The notes under the pieces are model-generated. The model was not told the DNA's origin and searched no databases. It was given only the letters and a program-made list of their open reading frames with translations. A DNA stretch of 64,000 nt, from the IMG/VR virus record IMGVR_UViG_3300042891_001399; one strand, written 5' to 3'. This document shows, piece by piece, positions 49,495 to 58,975 of the stretch. The DNA comes from an uncultured virus (IMG/VR IMGVR_UViG_3300042891_001399). Taxonomy: Duplodnaviria; Heunggongvirae; Uroviricota; Caudoviricetes. Each line of letters opens with the position of its first letter. Position 1 is the stretch's first letter. The translations under genes and the position numbers were made by a program.

Positions 49495-51531
49495 TTAGTT
49501 ATTATTATTTATTGGGAAAGTGTTTGTATTCGCCAGACCCTGAATATCAATATTTTTATAGGCAGGTGAATTACCATCTTTGTTCATTTCTAGTTTATTA
49601 CTATTTTTACCATCTTCCGCCTTTGTGACCTTATCTGGATTGATATTTGGATTGGAGGAAACCGGACCCAAAAATTGAGTTTGATTAGCTGGAGGTGCCA
49701 CTAAAAATGGAAGACCTGCCTGTACAGCACTTGAATTAAAATTCGTAGCAACCACTCCACTTGTACCACCTAGAGCCGGAGTTGCATTAGTTCCTGATTG
49801 ACCAGCACCGGAAGTACCAGCAGAACCTGAAGTACCAGCAGAGCCATATACAACATCATTAATTGGTAAAACACCTACAGCCTCATTATATGGTTTTCCA
49901 TCAGCTCCCTTAATTCTATTAGTTTCATAGAAACTCTTTTGAATGTCAACAGTTCTCAAATAACCACTATTGAACTTAGCCATTATTTCTTGTAAACCCC
50001 AAGGTCTGGCATTTGTCATATTAAACTCAACTGTAATAGCAGATGGTAAATCATTAAAAGCCAAAGTAGGTCCTAGTCTTAGTTCTACTTGCTCAACTAA
50101 CATATCACCTGAACAAAAAGTAGGTCTCATTGGGTTACCAATTGATATATGCCAAGGAGTAGAAGGTAAACCTGTTAAAGAGTTAATAATACCAATTATC
50201 TTAACTCTATATTTTTGTAATAAACCACTTAGACCCTTAGCAACTGCTGCATCAAGAGTGGCTTTAATATCCCCTAATATAGTTTCTTGAGAAGCTTTTT
50301 CAGATTTTGCTTCATTTAATTTAACATCTGATGCTAGCTTAGGTTCTTCTTTTGTGGGATCTGGCGGAGCACCACCAATCATGCCTGTCAACTTTGATGC
50401 TGCCTCGGATGCCTTATTAAAAGCTTTCTCAATAGCCTCTTTAATTTCCTCAACAATTTTTCCTATAGCATCACCAATTGCTTTGGCCGCAGCATCAATT
50501 AATAAATTTGGATCATTAGCCCAGGATATTAACTGTTTACCGGCTTCTTTACTCAAACCATATGTTGCGCTATTAGAAGTACCAAATCTTGTAATCATAC
50601 CAAGTAAATCCATCCAAACCATTGTAGGATCTATACCAGAGATATACTTCAATTCATACTCACAAACCATTTTAATATTAACAGTACATTTAAGACCAGA
50701 TCCAGCATCACCATAGCCAATAACTTTTCTTCTTTTAGATATTTTAATTAAGTTTGGATTCCCAGCTGGTATTGTATTTTCTTCACCATCTTCTATTAAT
50801 CCCAATTTTTTTAGGAAATTTCTTTGAAATATTTCAGTAAAACCTGGTAACGGAAGAGCATTACCAGCAGCACCGGAAATACCACCTAAATTATCCAAAC
50901 CAATATCTTTACCTAAGCCTTGTAATATACCAGTAAAGTCAGCATCGGAATCTACCCAATCTTCACCAAAAGTAAATGATAAAAAGTTTTCACCTTCAGG
51001 TACCCAACTAATTAAAACGGCAAAAGGACCCCATTCATTAGAATTCTTATTAACCATTATATTATCATCAGCTGGGGCCGCAAATCTTCGTGCTATCATT
51101 AATCTATTATTAGGAAAAACACCAACATTTTTTAAGTAAGCAAAATCTGCTGGTTTTAAAGCTGCTTTAGTTAACGATAGTTTTTCAATTATATTAAGAA
51201 TACTTGTATCATAAATAGAGTTGTTATGTAGAGCTTTCATTTTTCCAATATCAGACTTACTTTTATTATTAACATGTTTTAATCCTTTTGGATCATCTTT
51301 ATCAACAACTCTCCAAGCTCTAACAATTCTATTACCTGAGAATAAACTATTTCCATATAAGTTACCACCATCTTTAGATTTGGTAGAATTTTGATTTTCA
51401 TTATAAGCAAAAACAGTAGTATTTCTTGTTTTACCAGCATTAAATGACGATAACCCAGTTTTTTCGTTGTAATAACTTGTCACGCCAATTAGACCAAGTG
51501 GGGAACCACCTAAGGGTTTGTTATATGCCAT
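49495..51531 (-). CDS. Putative baseplate/tail-tube junction protein
   Basis: PWHISIGNP...MLVEQVEL.LG..LAFNDLP..ITVEF; GSAGTS linker; upstream of the gp53-like gene. Confidence 0.55.
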   Translation of the reverse strand: MAYNKPLGGSPLGLIGVTSYYNEKTGLSSFNAGKTRNTTVFAYNENQNSTKSKDGGNLYGNSLFSGNRIVRAWRVVDKDDPKGLKHVNNKSKSDIGKMKALHNNSIYDTSILNIIEKLSLTKAALKPADFAYLKNVGVFPNNRLMIARRFAAPADDNIMVNKNSNEWGPFAVLISWVPEGENFLSFTFGEDWVDSDADFTGILQGLGKDIGLDNLGGISGAAGNALPLPGFTEIFQRNFLKKLGLIEDGEENTIPAGNPNLIKISKRRKVIGYGDAGSGLKCTVNIKMVCEYELKYISGIDPTMVWMDLLGMITRFGTSNSATYGLSKEAGKQLISWANDPNLLIDAAAKAIGDAIGKIVEEIKEAIEKAFNKASEAASKLTGMIGGAPPDPTKEEPKLASDVKLNEAKSEKASQETILGDIKATLDAAVAKGLSGLLQKYRVKIIGIINSLTGLPSTPWHISIGNPMRPTFCSGDMLVEQVELRLGPTLAFNDLPSAITVEFNMTNARPWGLQEIMAKFNSGYLRTVDIQKSFYETNRIKGADGKPYNEAVGVLPINDVVYGSAGTSGSAGTSGAGQSGTNATPALGGTSGVVATNFNSSAVQAGLPFLVAPPANQTQFLGPVSSNPNINPDKVTKAEDGKNSNKLEMNKDGNSPAYKNIDIQGLANTNTFPINNNN

Positions 51532-51565
51532 AGTAATAATTTAATTTTTATTATATATTAAACTA

Positions 51566-51955
51566 TTAGTAATCTCTTATTATTTGTGAGTTGGAAAATT
51601 TGGAAAGATTTGAAAAAACATCATCAATTACTTCGGGGTTTTTTCGGAATTCATTATAAAATATTAAAACATTGAAGTTATTTTCACCAAGAATCTTTTT
51701 AAGATTGAGAAGTTTTTCTATTGAAAACTCGTTTTCAAAGTCTGGTATGTAGTAGATATCTTTCTTTTTATCTATTGCTTGTTGTATTTTTTGAAATACA
51801 AGCACTTTTAAGTACATTCGGTCATCATCAAAATTAACCTCTTCTTCTTCCATTATCTTTTTAATATCAATAATGTACTTATTCTTGATTCGGTTAACCT
51901 TTATGAACTTATCTACTTTCTTACGGGTTTTACAATAAACGCAAAAGAACTCCAC
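51566..51955 (-). CDS. Hypothetical protein
   Basis: 129 aa ORF with GTG start. Confidence 0.6.
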   Translation of the reverse strand: MEFFCVYCKTRKKVDKFIKVNRIKNKYIIDIKKIMEEEEVNFDDDRMYLKVLVFQKIQQAIDKKKDIYYIPDFENEFSIEKLLNLKKILGENNFNVLIFYNEFRKNPEVIDDVFSNLSKFSNSQIIRDY

Positions 51956-52055
51956 TGATTTTTAATTATTTTTATGATATTGAAATATATATAAAAAACA
52001 TATTGGCTCTCTTCTTTTTTTAATTTTGAGAACCTAACTTTAATATATAAGAGAT

Positions 52056-53450
52056 ATGAAAAAGTATTCAGATAAGTTTCTAAACCAATCTAGTAAATTA
52101 AAGAACGCTCGTATAGGGTTTGAATTTGAGTTTTATATGAGAGAACTATCTTTCTATAAAACAATGGAGTTATTAAACCAAGAGCTGTCTCCTGTTAAAG
52201 TTTGGGGATTTAGAGAGTATCACTCTGATTTTACACCCGATGAAAAGAACTTCAAAATAGAACCTGACTTATCAGGTGGTTCAAACATGGTTGAGTTAGT
52301 AACAGGGCCATTAAGTTACTACGATGCTAAATACTATTTAGTTAAAATAGTTAAATTTATTCAAACACACGGTCAAACAAATGAAAAATCTTCTATACAC
52401 TACAATCTATCGTTTAATGATGATGAGAAGAATCTAAACGACTTAAATATTCTTAAACTAGTTTTAAATACGGATGAAGAAGAAATCTATAGAGTTTTTC
52501 CTTCAAGAAAAGATAATGTTTATGCTAAGTCTGTTAAAAAGATGATTCCTTATAAAGAATATGACTTCTTTAATATTCCAATTAGTGTTGTAAAGAATAA
52601 CTTGAGAACTCCTAATGATAAATATTATGGCATTAACTTTTTACATATTAATAATGACAAAGAATCGCAAAGACTTGAATTAAGATATGTTGGTGGTAAA
52701 GACTATGAAAAGAATATAGGTAATTTAATTTATTTTATGGATAGATTTATTATCAATGTTTATGATTCAATTGACACAGACTTTAATGCTGAAGATGTTA
52801 ATAAATTAGAAGAATATTTAGAAAAAAATATTTCTTTGTTTAAGAACTTTTCTAAATATGATAATTTTATAGTTGATTTCCCAACAATTCAACTACAAAT
52901 TGATCAAAATATAAATTATGATATAGTAACATCTTATTACCCCACCATTTATAGTAAACTTTATAATTTAATTGATGCTACATCTGGTCTTAAAGATTGT
53001 ATAGTAAACTATGTAACTTCCACTCAAACTATGGAGATTGTAGATGCTAATATTAAATCAACATCTACATTAAGAGGTTACGACCTAATAAATTGTGAAA
53101 CTGAAGGTATATTTGAAGATTGTTTCTTTGTAGGTTCTGAAGTTAAGAATTCACAAATGACAAAATGCAAACTTCAACAATCATCCGCTGTAAATTCTAA
53201 AGTTCTTAATTGTAAAGTTGAATCATCTGATTTAACAAACTGTTACTTTATGGAAGGTTATCTTAATGGTGATATGTTTGGTGGAGTTTATCGTTCTGGT
53301 AAATTAGGACCTTATGCTACTATGGATTCAGAAGTTAAAGTTGTTACTGATAATAATAACTTCTTTGATACTAAATTTGAAACAGAGACTAAAGGTGATG
53401 ATAAAGGTAGTATCAAGGGTTATGGAAAAGGATTACTTGGTAAGAAATAA
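52056..53450 (+). CDS. Putative amidoligase (Amidoligase_2 / COOH-NH2 ligase family) with C-terminal beta-helix-like repeats
   Basis: IGFEFEF, EPDLS...ELVT, SSIHYNLS, KYYGINF, LELR; short repeats VKNS/AVNS/VLNC/LTNC. Confidence 0.75.
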   Translation: MKKYSDKFLNQSSKLKNARIGFEFEFYMRELSFYKTMELLNQELSPVKVWGFREYHSDFTPDEKNFKIEPDLSGGSNMVELVTGPLSYYDAKYYLVKIVKFIQTHGQTNEKSSIHYNLSFNDDEKNLNDLNILKLVLNTDEEEIYRVFPSRKDNVYAKSVKKMIPYKEYDFFNIPISVVKNNLRTPNDKYYGINFLHINNDKESQRLELRYVGGKDYEKNIGNLIYFMDRFIINVYDSIDTDFNAEDVNKLEEYLEKNISLFKNFSKYDNFIVDFPTIQLQIDQNINYDIVTSYYPTIYSKLYNLIDATSGLKDCIVNYVTSTQTMEIVDANIKSTSTLRGYDLINCETEGIFEDCFFVGSEVKNSQMTKCKLQQSSAVNSKVLNCKVESSDLTNCYFMEGYLNGDMFGGVYRSGKLGPYATMDSEVKVVTDNNNFFDTKFETETKGDDKGSIKGYGKGLLGKK

Positions 53451-53872
53451 TGAAATACTTAAAAACATTTGAGAGTAGTGAGAAACTAGAGTTTGGTGTA
53501 ACGCCTGAAGATATTGAGTATTTATTTACTGACATATCGGATAATGGTTGGAAAATAGATGTTAATTTTTCAAGAAAGTTATTTGATTTCAAAGGCACAG
53601 ATAAATCTATTTTTAAGAAATTCAGTTTAATTCCTTACATAGAAGTTTCAATTAGTAAACCAACACCATTTGAACAAAGGTTTAATCGTTCTCAATGGAA
53701 TGAGATTCAAGAGTTAAAATCATTTACAGAGTCTGATGAATTTCAAGAAATAATTGAAGTCGCTTCTTTAAGATTAGATGAATTAGAACTTTATATACAA
53801 AAACTATCGTATGTAAATAATACATTTAATATATTAATATATAGAAAAACAGATCAAAATTACATTAAATAA
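53450..53872 (+). CDS. Hypothetical protein with leader
   Basis: MKYLKTFES; EDIEYLFTDISD. Confidence 0.7.
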   Translation: MKYLKTFESSEKLEFGVTPEDIEYLFTDISDNGWKIDVNFSRKLFDFKGTDKSIFKKFSLIPYIEVSISKPTPFEQRFNRSQWNEIQELKSFTESDEFQEIIEVASLRLDELELYIQKLSYVNNTFNILIYRKTDQNYIK

Positions 53873-53873
53873 T

Positions 53874-55718
53874 ATGATAAAGAAATATCAAAACTTTTTG
53901 AACGAAGAAGTAGGTCTTAAAAACATTTCTAAGATAGCGAAACTTTACAAAACTGCGGAAATTTATTTCCACAAAGATTTAGATGGTGTTACATCTGCTA
54001 TTGCTATGAAAGAATTCTTAAAGAATTACTATCAAATAGAAACTGTTAATTGTCATATTATTCAATACGGTGGATTAGAATACGCTGTTAAACATCACCA
54101 AGAAGGTAATCTTTGTGTGCTTGTTGACTTTGCTCACGGTAAACCAATGTTTCATATTGCAACTGACCACCACGATAAACAATCAGGTGTTGAAGATACT
54201 CAATCTACTTATTTCAAACATACTCGTTCAAATGTTGAAACTATTTCAGGTGAGATTTCATATGCTGATATCTTCACACATGGAGATATTGAATTAATTA
54301 AAACTGTTGACTCTGCTAACTTTTTAGCAAATGATATCAAACCAGAAGATGTGCAAAATGCTATCTTCTCTCCAGATAAAAGTGTTTCACCATCTAAGAA
54401 TAGATTTATGATGGGATTTGTAGTTAATAGATTATTATTAGCTTATAAGAATAAAAGAATTACAGTTAAATCAATGGATGGTAAAAGAAACCATATAAAC
54501 AGAAACATTCTAGAATGTTTAACTTTAGATTCAACAGGTAGTTTATACTCAATGTTTAATAATCTTAAACATTATATTAATGCTGCTAAAACTGGTGATA
54601 AACTAGGAAGATTAGCAACACCAGAAGAAATTACTGATAACTTAAATGCTTACATTGATAGAATGAAGAACTATAGTTTCATTGAAGATCCTAACACAGG
54701 TGATGTTACTGAATATGATCCAACAAACTGGAGACATAAAAACTTATTAGCAACTGGTGCTCAAATTGGTAAAGGTGTTCACTTTGATGAAGAGTATAAT
54801 ATCGTTACTCAATATGGTGGTGGTTCAATGATTAAACCAGGTTCATATGATAGATATGTTGTATTCAAAAACAATCCAGAAGCTGACTTTAACTGTATTG
54901 CTTGGCCCATGGGTTTATTACAAGTTTCTTGTAATCCTTTCAAAGAAAAGAAATTAAAAGAAATTAACTTAGGTGAAATTGCTAAAGAAGTTTTGGCTAA
55001 ACATGAATCAACTCTTAAAAGATTTTATGTTTCATTAGAATCAATTAAGAAAGAATTTGAAACGTCTCAAGATTGGAAAGCAATGGCTAAGGCAGAAGGT
55101 GAAGAATATGAAGGTGTTGGATTTAAGTTTAGTGATTTAGAAGCTTTCTATAAAGATTGTTTATATGCTAAGAAAGATGGTAAAATTGCTAATGTAGATA
55201 TTAACGAACCAGAGTTAAGAGTAGATATGGATACTTTATTTACAGAATTAACACCAGACCAAAAGTTCTATTTAAGTAATATTAAAATTCCAGCTTGGGA
55301 ACTTATTATTAGAAACTCAGGTGGTCACCCGTCAATTACTAATATCACAGGATTTAACTTCTTAAAGTATAATAAACCAGCTCTTAAAATTGCTTACAAT
55401 ACTGAGAAGTATGTAGACGTTCTTAAAATGATGGCTAAAGACTTTGTTAATGTTCTTAAAGTTAAAATTGATACAACCAAAGAAGGTGGTGAAGTTGAGT
55501 ATGATACTAAAGGTGTTGAACTGTTAGGACAAGATACAAATGAGAATTTTGAATATAACTTAGTCAATAAACAAGGTCAACAAACTCAAGTAAGTAGAGA
55601 TGAATTTCTTAAAGCAGGTGCTGCTAAAGGAATGAAGACAGATAGAAAAAGTCTAATGACAATAGATAACACAAACAAGAAGATAATAGCTAAGTTTGAA
55701 AGTTATAAAAACAAATAA
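53874..55718 (+). CDS. DHH/DHHA1-family phosphoesterase with leader
   Basis: MIKKYQNFLNEE; HKDLDG, VDF, TDHH, SGGH. Confidence 0.8.
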   Translation: MIKKYQNFLNEEVGLKNISKIAKLYKTAEIYFHKDLDGVTSAIAMKEFLKNYYQIETVNCHIIQYGGLEYAVKHHQEGNLCVLVDFAHGKPMFHIATDHHDKQSGVEDTQSTYFKHTRSNVETISGEISYADIFTHGDIELIKTVDSANFLANDIKPEDVQNAIFSPDKSVSPSKNRFMMGFVVNRLLLAYKNKRITVKSMDGKRNHINRNILECLTLDSTGSLYSMFNNLKHYINAAKTGDKLGRLATPEEITDNLNAYIDRMKNYSFIEDPNTGDVTEYDPTNWRHKNLLATGAQIGKGVHFDEEYNIVTQYGGGSMIKPGSYDRYVVFKNNPEADFNCIAWPMGLLQVSCNPFKEKKLKEINLGEIAKEVLAKHESTLKRFYVSLESIKKEFETSQDWKAMAKAEGEEYEGVGFKFSDLEAFYKDCLYAKKDGKIANVDINEPELRVDMDTLFTELTPDQKFYLSNIKIPAWELIIRNSGGHPSITNITGFNFLKYNKPALKIAYNTEKYVDVLKMMAKDFVNVLKVKIDTTKEGGEVEYDTKGVELLGQDTNENFEYNLVNKQGQQTQVSRDEFLKAGAAKGMKTDRKSLMTIDNTNKKIIAKFESYKNK

Positions 55719-55753
55719 AAAAAAGAGTTAAGATAAAATCTTAACTCTTTTTT
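55719..55753. terminator. Bidirectional intrinsic terminator
   Basis: AAAAGAGTTAAGAT-AAA-ATCTTAACTCTTTT at a convergent junction. Confidence 0.7.
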
Positions 55754-56105
55754 CTTTTTCAGATATTCCGTTTAATATTGATTCTAATTTAACATCACGA
55801 GATGTTTGTTTATCCCAGGAAACAAGAATTTCATTTGGTGGTAGATAAATATCTAAGTAACACTTAAACTCCCCAATTGTTCCAACTAAAACAGGACCAT
55901 CACCTGATTCATATTTTACCGATAAAAAATTATCATTGAATTCTAAAATATTATAAACAGTCATTGGTATTATAATATAATTATGTTTAGTAGACATTTT
56001 AATATTTATTCTATTTAACTCAGTTAACAATTTATTACCTTTTACTCTATACTCATCTCTATAACTTAAATTAGGATATGAAGTTGTTGATATATCAATT
56101 ACCAT
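55728..56105 (-). CDS. Small protein resembling a fragment of a gp23-like major capsid protein, with C-terminal tag
   Basis: NYIII...VYNILE...LVGTIGEFKCYLDIY...EILVS; SRDVKLESIL. Confidence 0.5.
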   Translation of the reverse strand: MVIDISTTSYPNLSYRDEYRVKGNKLLTELNRINIKMSTKHNYIIIPMTVYNILEFNDNFLSVKYESGDGPVLVGTIGEFKCYLDIYLPPNEILVSWDKQTSRDVKLESILNGISEKEKRVKILS

Positions 56106-56769
56106 CTAATATTTTATTAATTTTATCGTTTCTCAGGCGAGAGACATTTCTTATAGATAATTTATACGAGTTGAATCTACAATCATATAAATTATAAAAC
56201 ATTGTATGTTTCCATTCTATATTATCTTTATCATTTTGTTCTATTTTATAATCCATATTTTGAATAGAATAAACTAAACTTTGTATAGAACCGTCAGTGA
56301 CATATAAAATAATTTCATCATCATCTTCGTTTATCAAAGGTGAATAAAATATTTCTACGTTAATTCCTATAACCTTATCTATACTATAAAAGTAGTAAGG
56401 AAAAGCACTTGTAGATGATGATTTAAGAATGGGTCCAAATAGTTTTTTACCTTTATCTGAGCAGAAAATATAATTAGATTTTATTCCTAACTCATATATT
56501 TTATCAAAAATATTTCCTTTATCTCCGATTCCAATTATAGATTCTTCAGGTATGACAAATTCTTTTGATTTATTCTTCACAATATCAAAGCTTTCTTGAT
56601 ATATGTTAACTATACTATTAATTATAAAACTCGGTGATGTGAGAGGTGAGTTTTTAATTTCAGTATATTGAGAGTCTACAGAAGAAATTACATCACCATT
56701 ATATAAATAACTGATGTTCATTAGATTTTGCTCTAATGTCTTTTTATATTCCGTAAAAGATTCTCTCAC
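56095..56769 (-). CDS. Hypothetical protein with C-terminal tag
   Basis: SNYIFCS...EIFYSPLI...IILY; ends LRNDKINKILDGN. Confidence 0.6.
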   Translation of the reverse strand: MRESFTEYKKTLEQNLMNISYLYNGDVISSVDSQYTEIKNSPLTSPSFIINSIVNIYQESFDIVKNKSKEFVIPEESIIGIGDKGNIFDKIYELGIKSNYIFCSDKGKKLFGPILKSSSTSAFPYYFYSIDKVIGINVEIFYSPLINEDDDEIILYVTDGSIQSLVYSIQNMDYKIEQNDKDNIEWKHTMFYNLYDCRFNSYKLSIRNVSRLRNDKINKILDGN

Positions 56770-56855
56770 AATATTCTTATAAAATTTTACAATAAAAGTT
56801 TAATCTGATAAACTTTATTAGTTTTATTATATACAAATAAAAAAATACTATTCAC

Positions 56856-57272
56856 ATGATACAAAATGGAAGTACAGTAGATGTACACTACACCGGAAGA
56901 CTTACTGATGGAGAGGTTTTTGACTCATCAGAAGGCAAAGAACCTTTATCTTTTACAGTAGGAACTGGGCAAATTATCCCTGGTTTTGAAAATGCAATTA
57001 TCGGTAAAACAACTGGAGACAAAGTAACAGTAAACATTCCAGCAACTGAAGCATATGGTGAAATTAGAGAAGACTTAATAGTTAAAGTACCTAATTCGCA
57101 ATTACCAGGAGCTGTTGAGGTTGGTATGTCATTACAAGCACAAGCTGAAAATGGAATGCCAGTTAATGTTACAGTTAAAGAAGTTAATGAAGATCACGCA
57201 GTGATTGACGGAAATCATCCTTTTGCTGGTAAAGAACTTATATTTGATATTGAAGTTGTTTCAGTACAATAA
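56856..57272 (+). CDS. FKBP-type peptidyl-prolyl isomerase (SlyD/SlpA-like, no His-rich tail)
   Basis: VHYTGRL.DGEVFDSS, GQIIPGFE, EAYG, IDGNHPFAGKELIF. Confidence 0.93.
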   Translation: MIQNGSTVDVHYTGRLTDGEVFDSSEGKEPLSFTVGTGQIIPGFENAIIGKTTGDKVTVNIPATEAYGEIREDLIVKVPNSQLPGAVEVGMSLQAQAENGMPVNVTVKEVNEDHAVIDGNHPFAGKELIFDIEVVSVQ

Positions 57273-57290
57273 TCTAATCAGATATAAATT

Positions 57291-57321
57291 AAAAAAGCCA
57301 CTCAATTGAGTGGCTTTTTTT
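57291..57321. terminator. Bidirectional terminator, CCACTCAA family (perfect palindrome)
   Basis: A6-GCCACTCAATTGAGTGGC-T7. Confidence 0.85.
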
Positions 57322-57580
57322 AGTTAAAGATAATTCCATCACATTTGAAGAATTCTTTTAATTTGGATATAACTTCTTCATCTGTTGAAATTCTAGTATA
57401 TTCTCTATTAGAATCACTATCATACATATCAAAATTACAATCACAACCATTATATAAAATATACATCTTATCCATAAAAATGGTGAATATTTTATTAGAT
57501 GATAACTCTTCATTTGTATTAATTAAATTATACAAATGGTCCTTAGATTCAATATTTAGATTTTTAGATATATTAGCCAT
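57320..57580 (-). CDS. Hypothetical protein
   Basis: 86 aa ORF with GCDC, coupled to 57573-57917. Confidence 0.6.
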   Translation of the reverse strand: MANISKNLNIESKDHLYNLINTNEELSSNKIFTIFMDKMYILYNGCDCNFDMYDSDSNREYTRISTDEEVISKLKEFFKCDGIIFN

Positions 57581-57917
57581 AAATGAATTTTTTTAATAAT
57601 CTATATATAACATAACTCGTTACATATACAATAGGATAAATTAATAAACTATTAAAAATAATTGTCACAGATAAAACAATCCAAAAGTTAAGACAAGGTG
57701 TGCAAGTAAAAAGTCTTGATAAAAAGCTGTTATGTTTTTGTCTTATATAGTCTAAATATTTTATTCCAGGATTTGATTCTTTCTTATATTCTTCAAACTT
57801 ATCTATCTTAAATAATTTACTAAGTCTAAATAATTTTGCATACTCTATAAAGCCACTAGTTTCAAACCAAATGAACAGTATAAAGTTTATCCAGAAAATT
57901 TGTAAAATAAAATCCAT
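57573..57917 (-). CDS. Small membrane protein with CxxC (DUF1360-like)
   Basis: Hydrophobic helices; LFTCTPCLNFW. Confidence 0.6.
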   Translation of the reverse strand: MDFILQIFWINFILFIWFETSGFIEYAKLFRLSKLFKIDKFEEYKKESNPGIKYLDYIRQKHNSFLSRLFTCTPCLNFWIVLSVTIIFNSLLIYPIVYVTSYVIYRLLKKFIYG

Positions 57918-57946
57918 AAGGATTATATAAACTAAAACAAAAATGT

Positions 57947-58093
57947 TTATCTACCTTGACCTCTATAAGACTTTTTATAGTTAGTAGTATTCTTACCTTT
58001 TGAAGATTTCTTCTTAGAGTGAATACCTGGTCTTTTTGTTTTAACTTTAGTGCGAAAAGTTGATGATGTTGATGTAGTTTTTGCCTTAGCCAT
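57947..58093 (-). CDS. 48-aa highly basic protein ending YRGQGR
   Basis: Missed by the ORF track: MAKAKTTSTSSTFRTKVKTKRPGIHSKKKSSKGKNTTNYKKSYRGQGR; fills the intergenic gap. Confidence 0.75.
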   Translation of the reverse strand: MAKAKTTSTSSTFRTKVKTKRPGIHSKKKSSKGKNTTNYKKSYRGQGR

Positions 58094-58177
58094 AGTGATT
58101 AATTTTTATTTTTATATATTTTTATATATTTTTAAAAATTTCAATTTTATATATAATTGAACAAAAAAACCACTACA

Positions 58178-58879
58178 ATGAATAAACTAATTATAATAAT
58201 AGCATCATTGCTATTTTCCATTCAATCTTACGCTCAAACAGAAATTTCTTTAGATAATAGTTTATCAGGAAGTTTAAATCAAGGAAAGTCAAATATAATC
58301 GGAGTCAACTTTACAGGAAACAACTCTTTTGACTTCGGTAAACACATCGCTTTAGATTTAGGAACAAACTATAATGTACAATATACTCCAAAACTAACAC
58401 AAAATGAATTAATTCAAAAAGCTAACTTAGGATATAATAAAGAACATTGGGATTTATTCACTACATATCAATATAACTATTCACTGGTTAGAAGTATTCA
58501 AGCTGATAATTGGTTAGGTATTGGCGGTGGTATTAAAGAAAAGTTTAGTTGGGGTAAAGCTTCTTTATCATATGCTTTTCTTTATCAAAATACAGATTAT
58601 ATGTATAACCCTACTACAAATAAATTAAGACATTCTATTAGAGCTAAAATAAAAATAGATAAAAAGTTATTTTCATTATCAACAGAATATTATTATCAAC
58701 CCAATATTGAAGATGCTAAAGATTATATAGTTTATGGTACTACAAAATTAACTTTATTAACTGGCAAACCTATTAATTTTATTATACAAGACCAAATGAA
58801 CTTTAGAAGCATCAGTGATGTTAAAATGATAAACAATTTAACTTTTGGAGTTTCTTATAAGTTTACTAAAAAAATGTAA
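58178..58879 (+). CDS. Outer-membrane beta-barrel protein (DUF481-like)
   Basis: Signal peptide MNKLIII...SYA|Q, alternating aromatic beta strands, C-terminal FGVSYKF. Confidence 0.7.
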   Translation: MNKLIIIIASLLFSIQSYAQTEISLDNSLSGSLNQGKSNIIGVNFTGNNSFDFGKHIALDLGTNYNVQYTPKLTQNELIQKANLGYNKEHWDLFTTYQYNYSLVRSIQADNWLGIGGGIKEKFSWGKASLSYAFLYQNTDYMYNPTTNKLRHSIRAKIKIDKKLFSLSTEYYYQPNIEDAKDYIVYGTTKLTLLTGKPINFIIQDQMNFRSISDVKMINNLTFGVSYKFTKKM

Positions 58880-58975
58880 AATAATTTACTTTTCGCTAAA
58901 CAAAGATATTAGATTTTGATATATAAAAAGATTACTTGAGGTAGATTAATTTCTGGCTCAAAAAAAAAATTCTAT

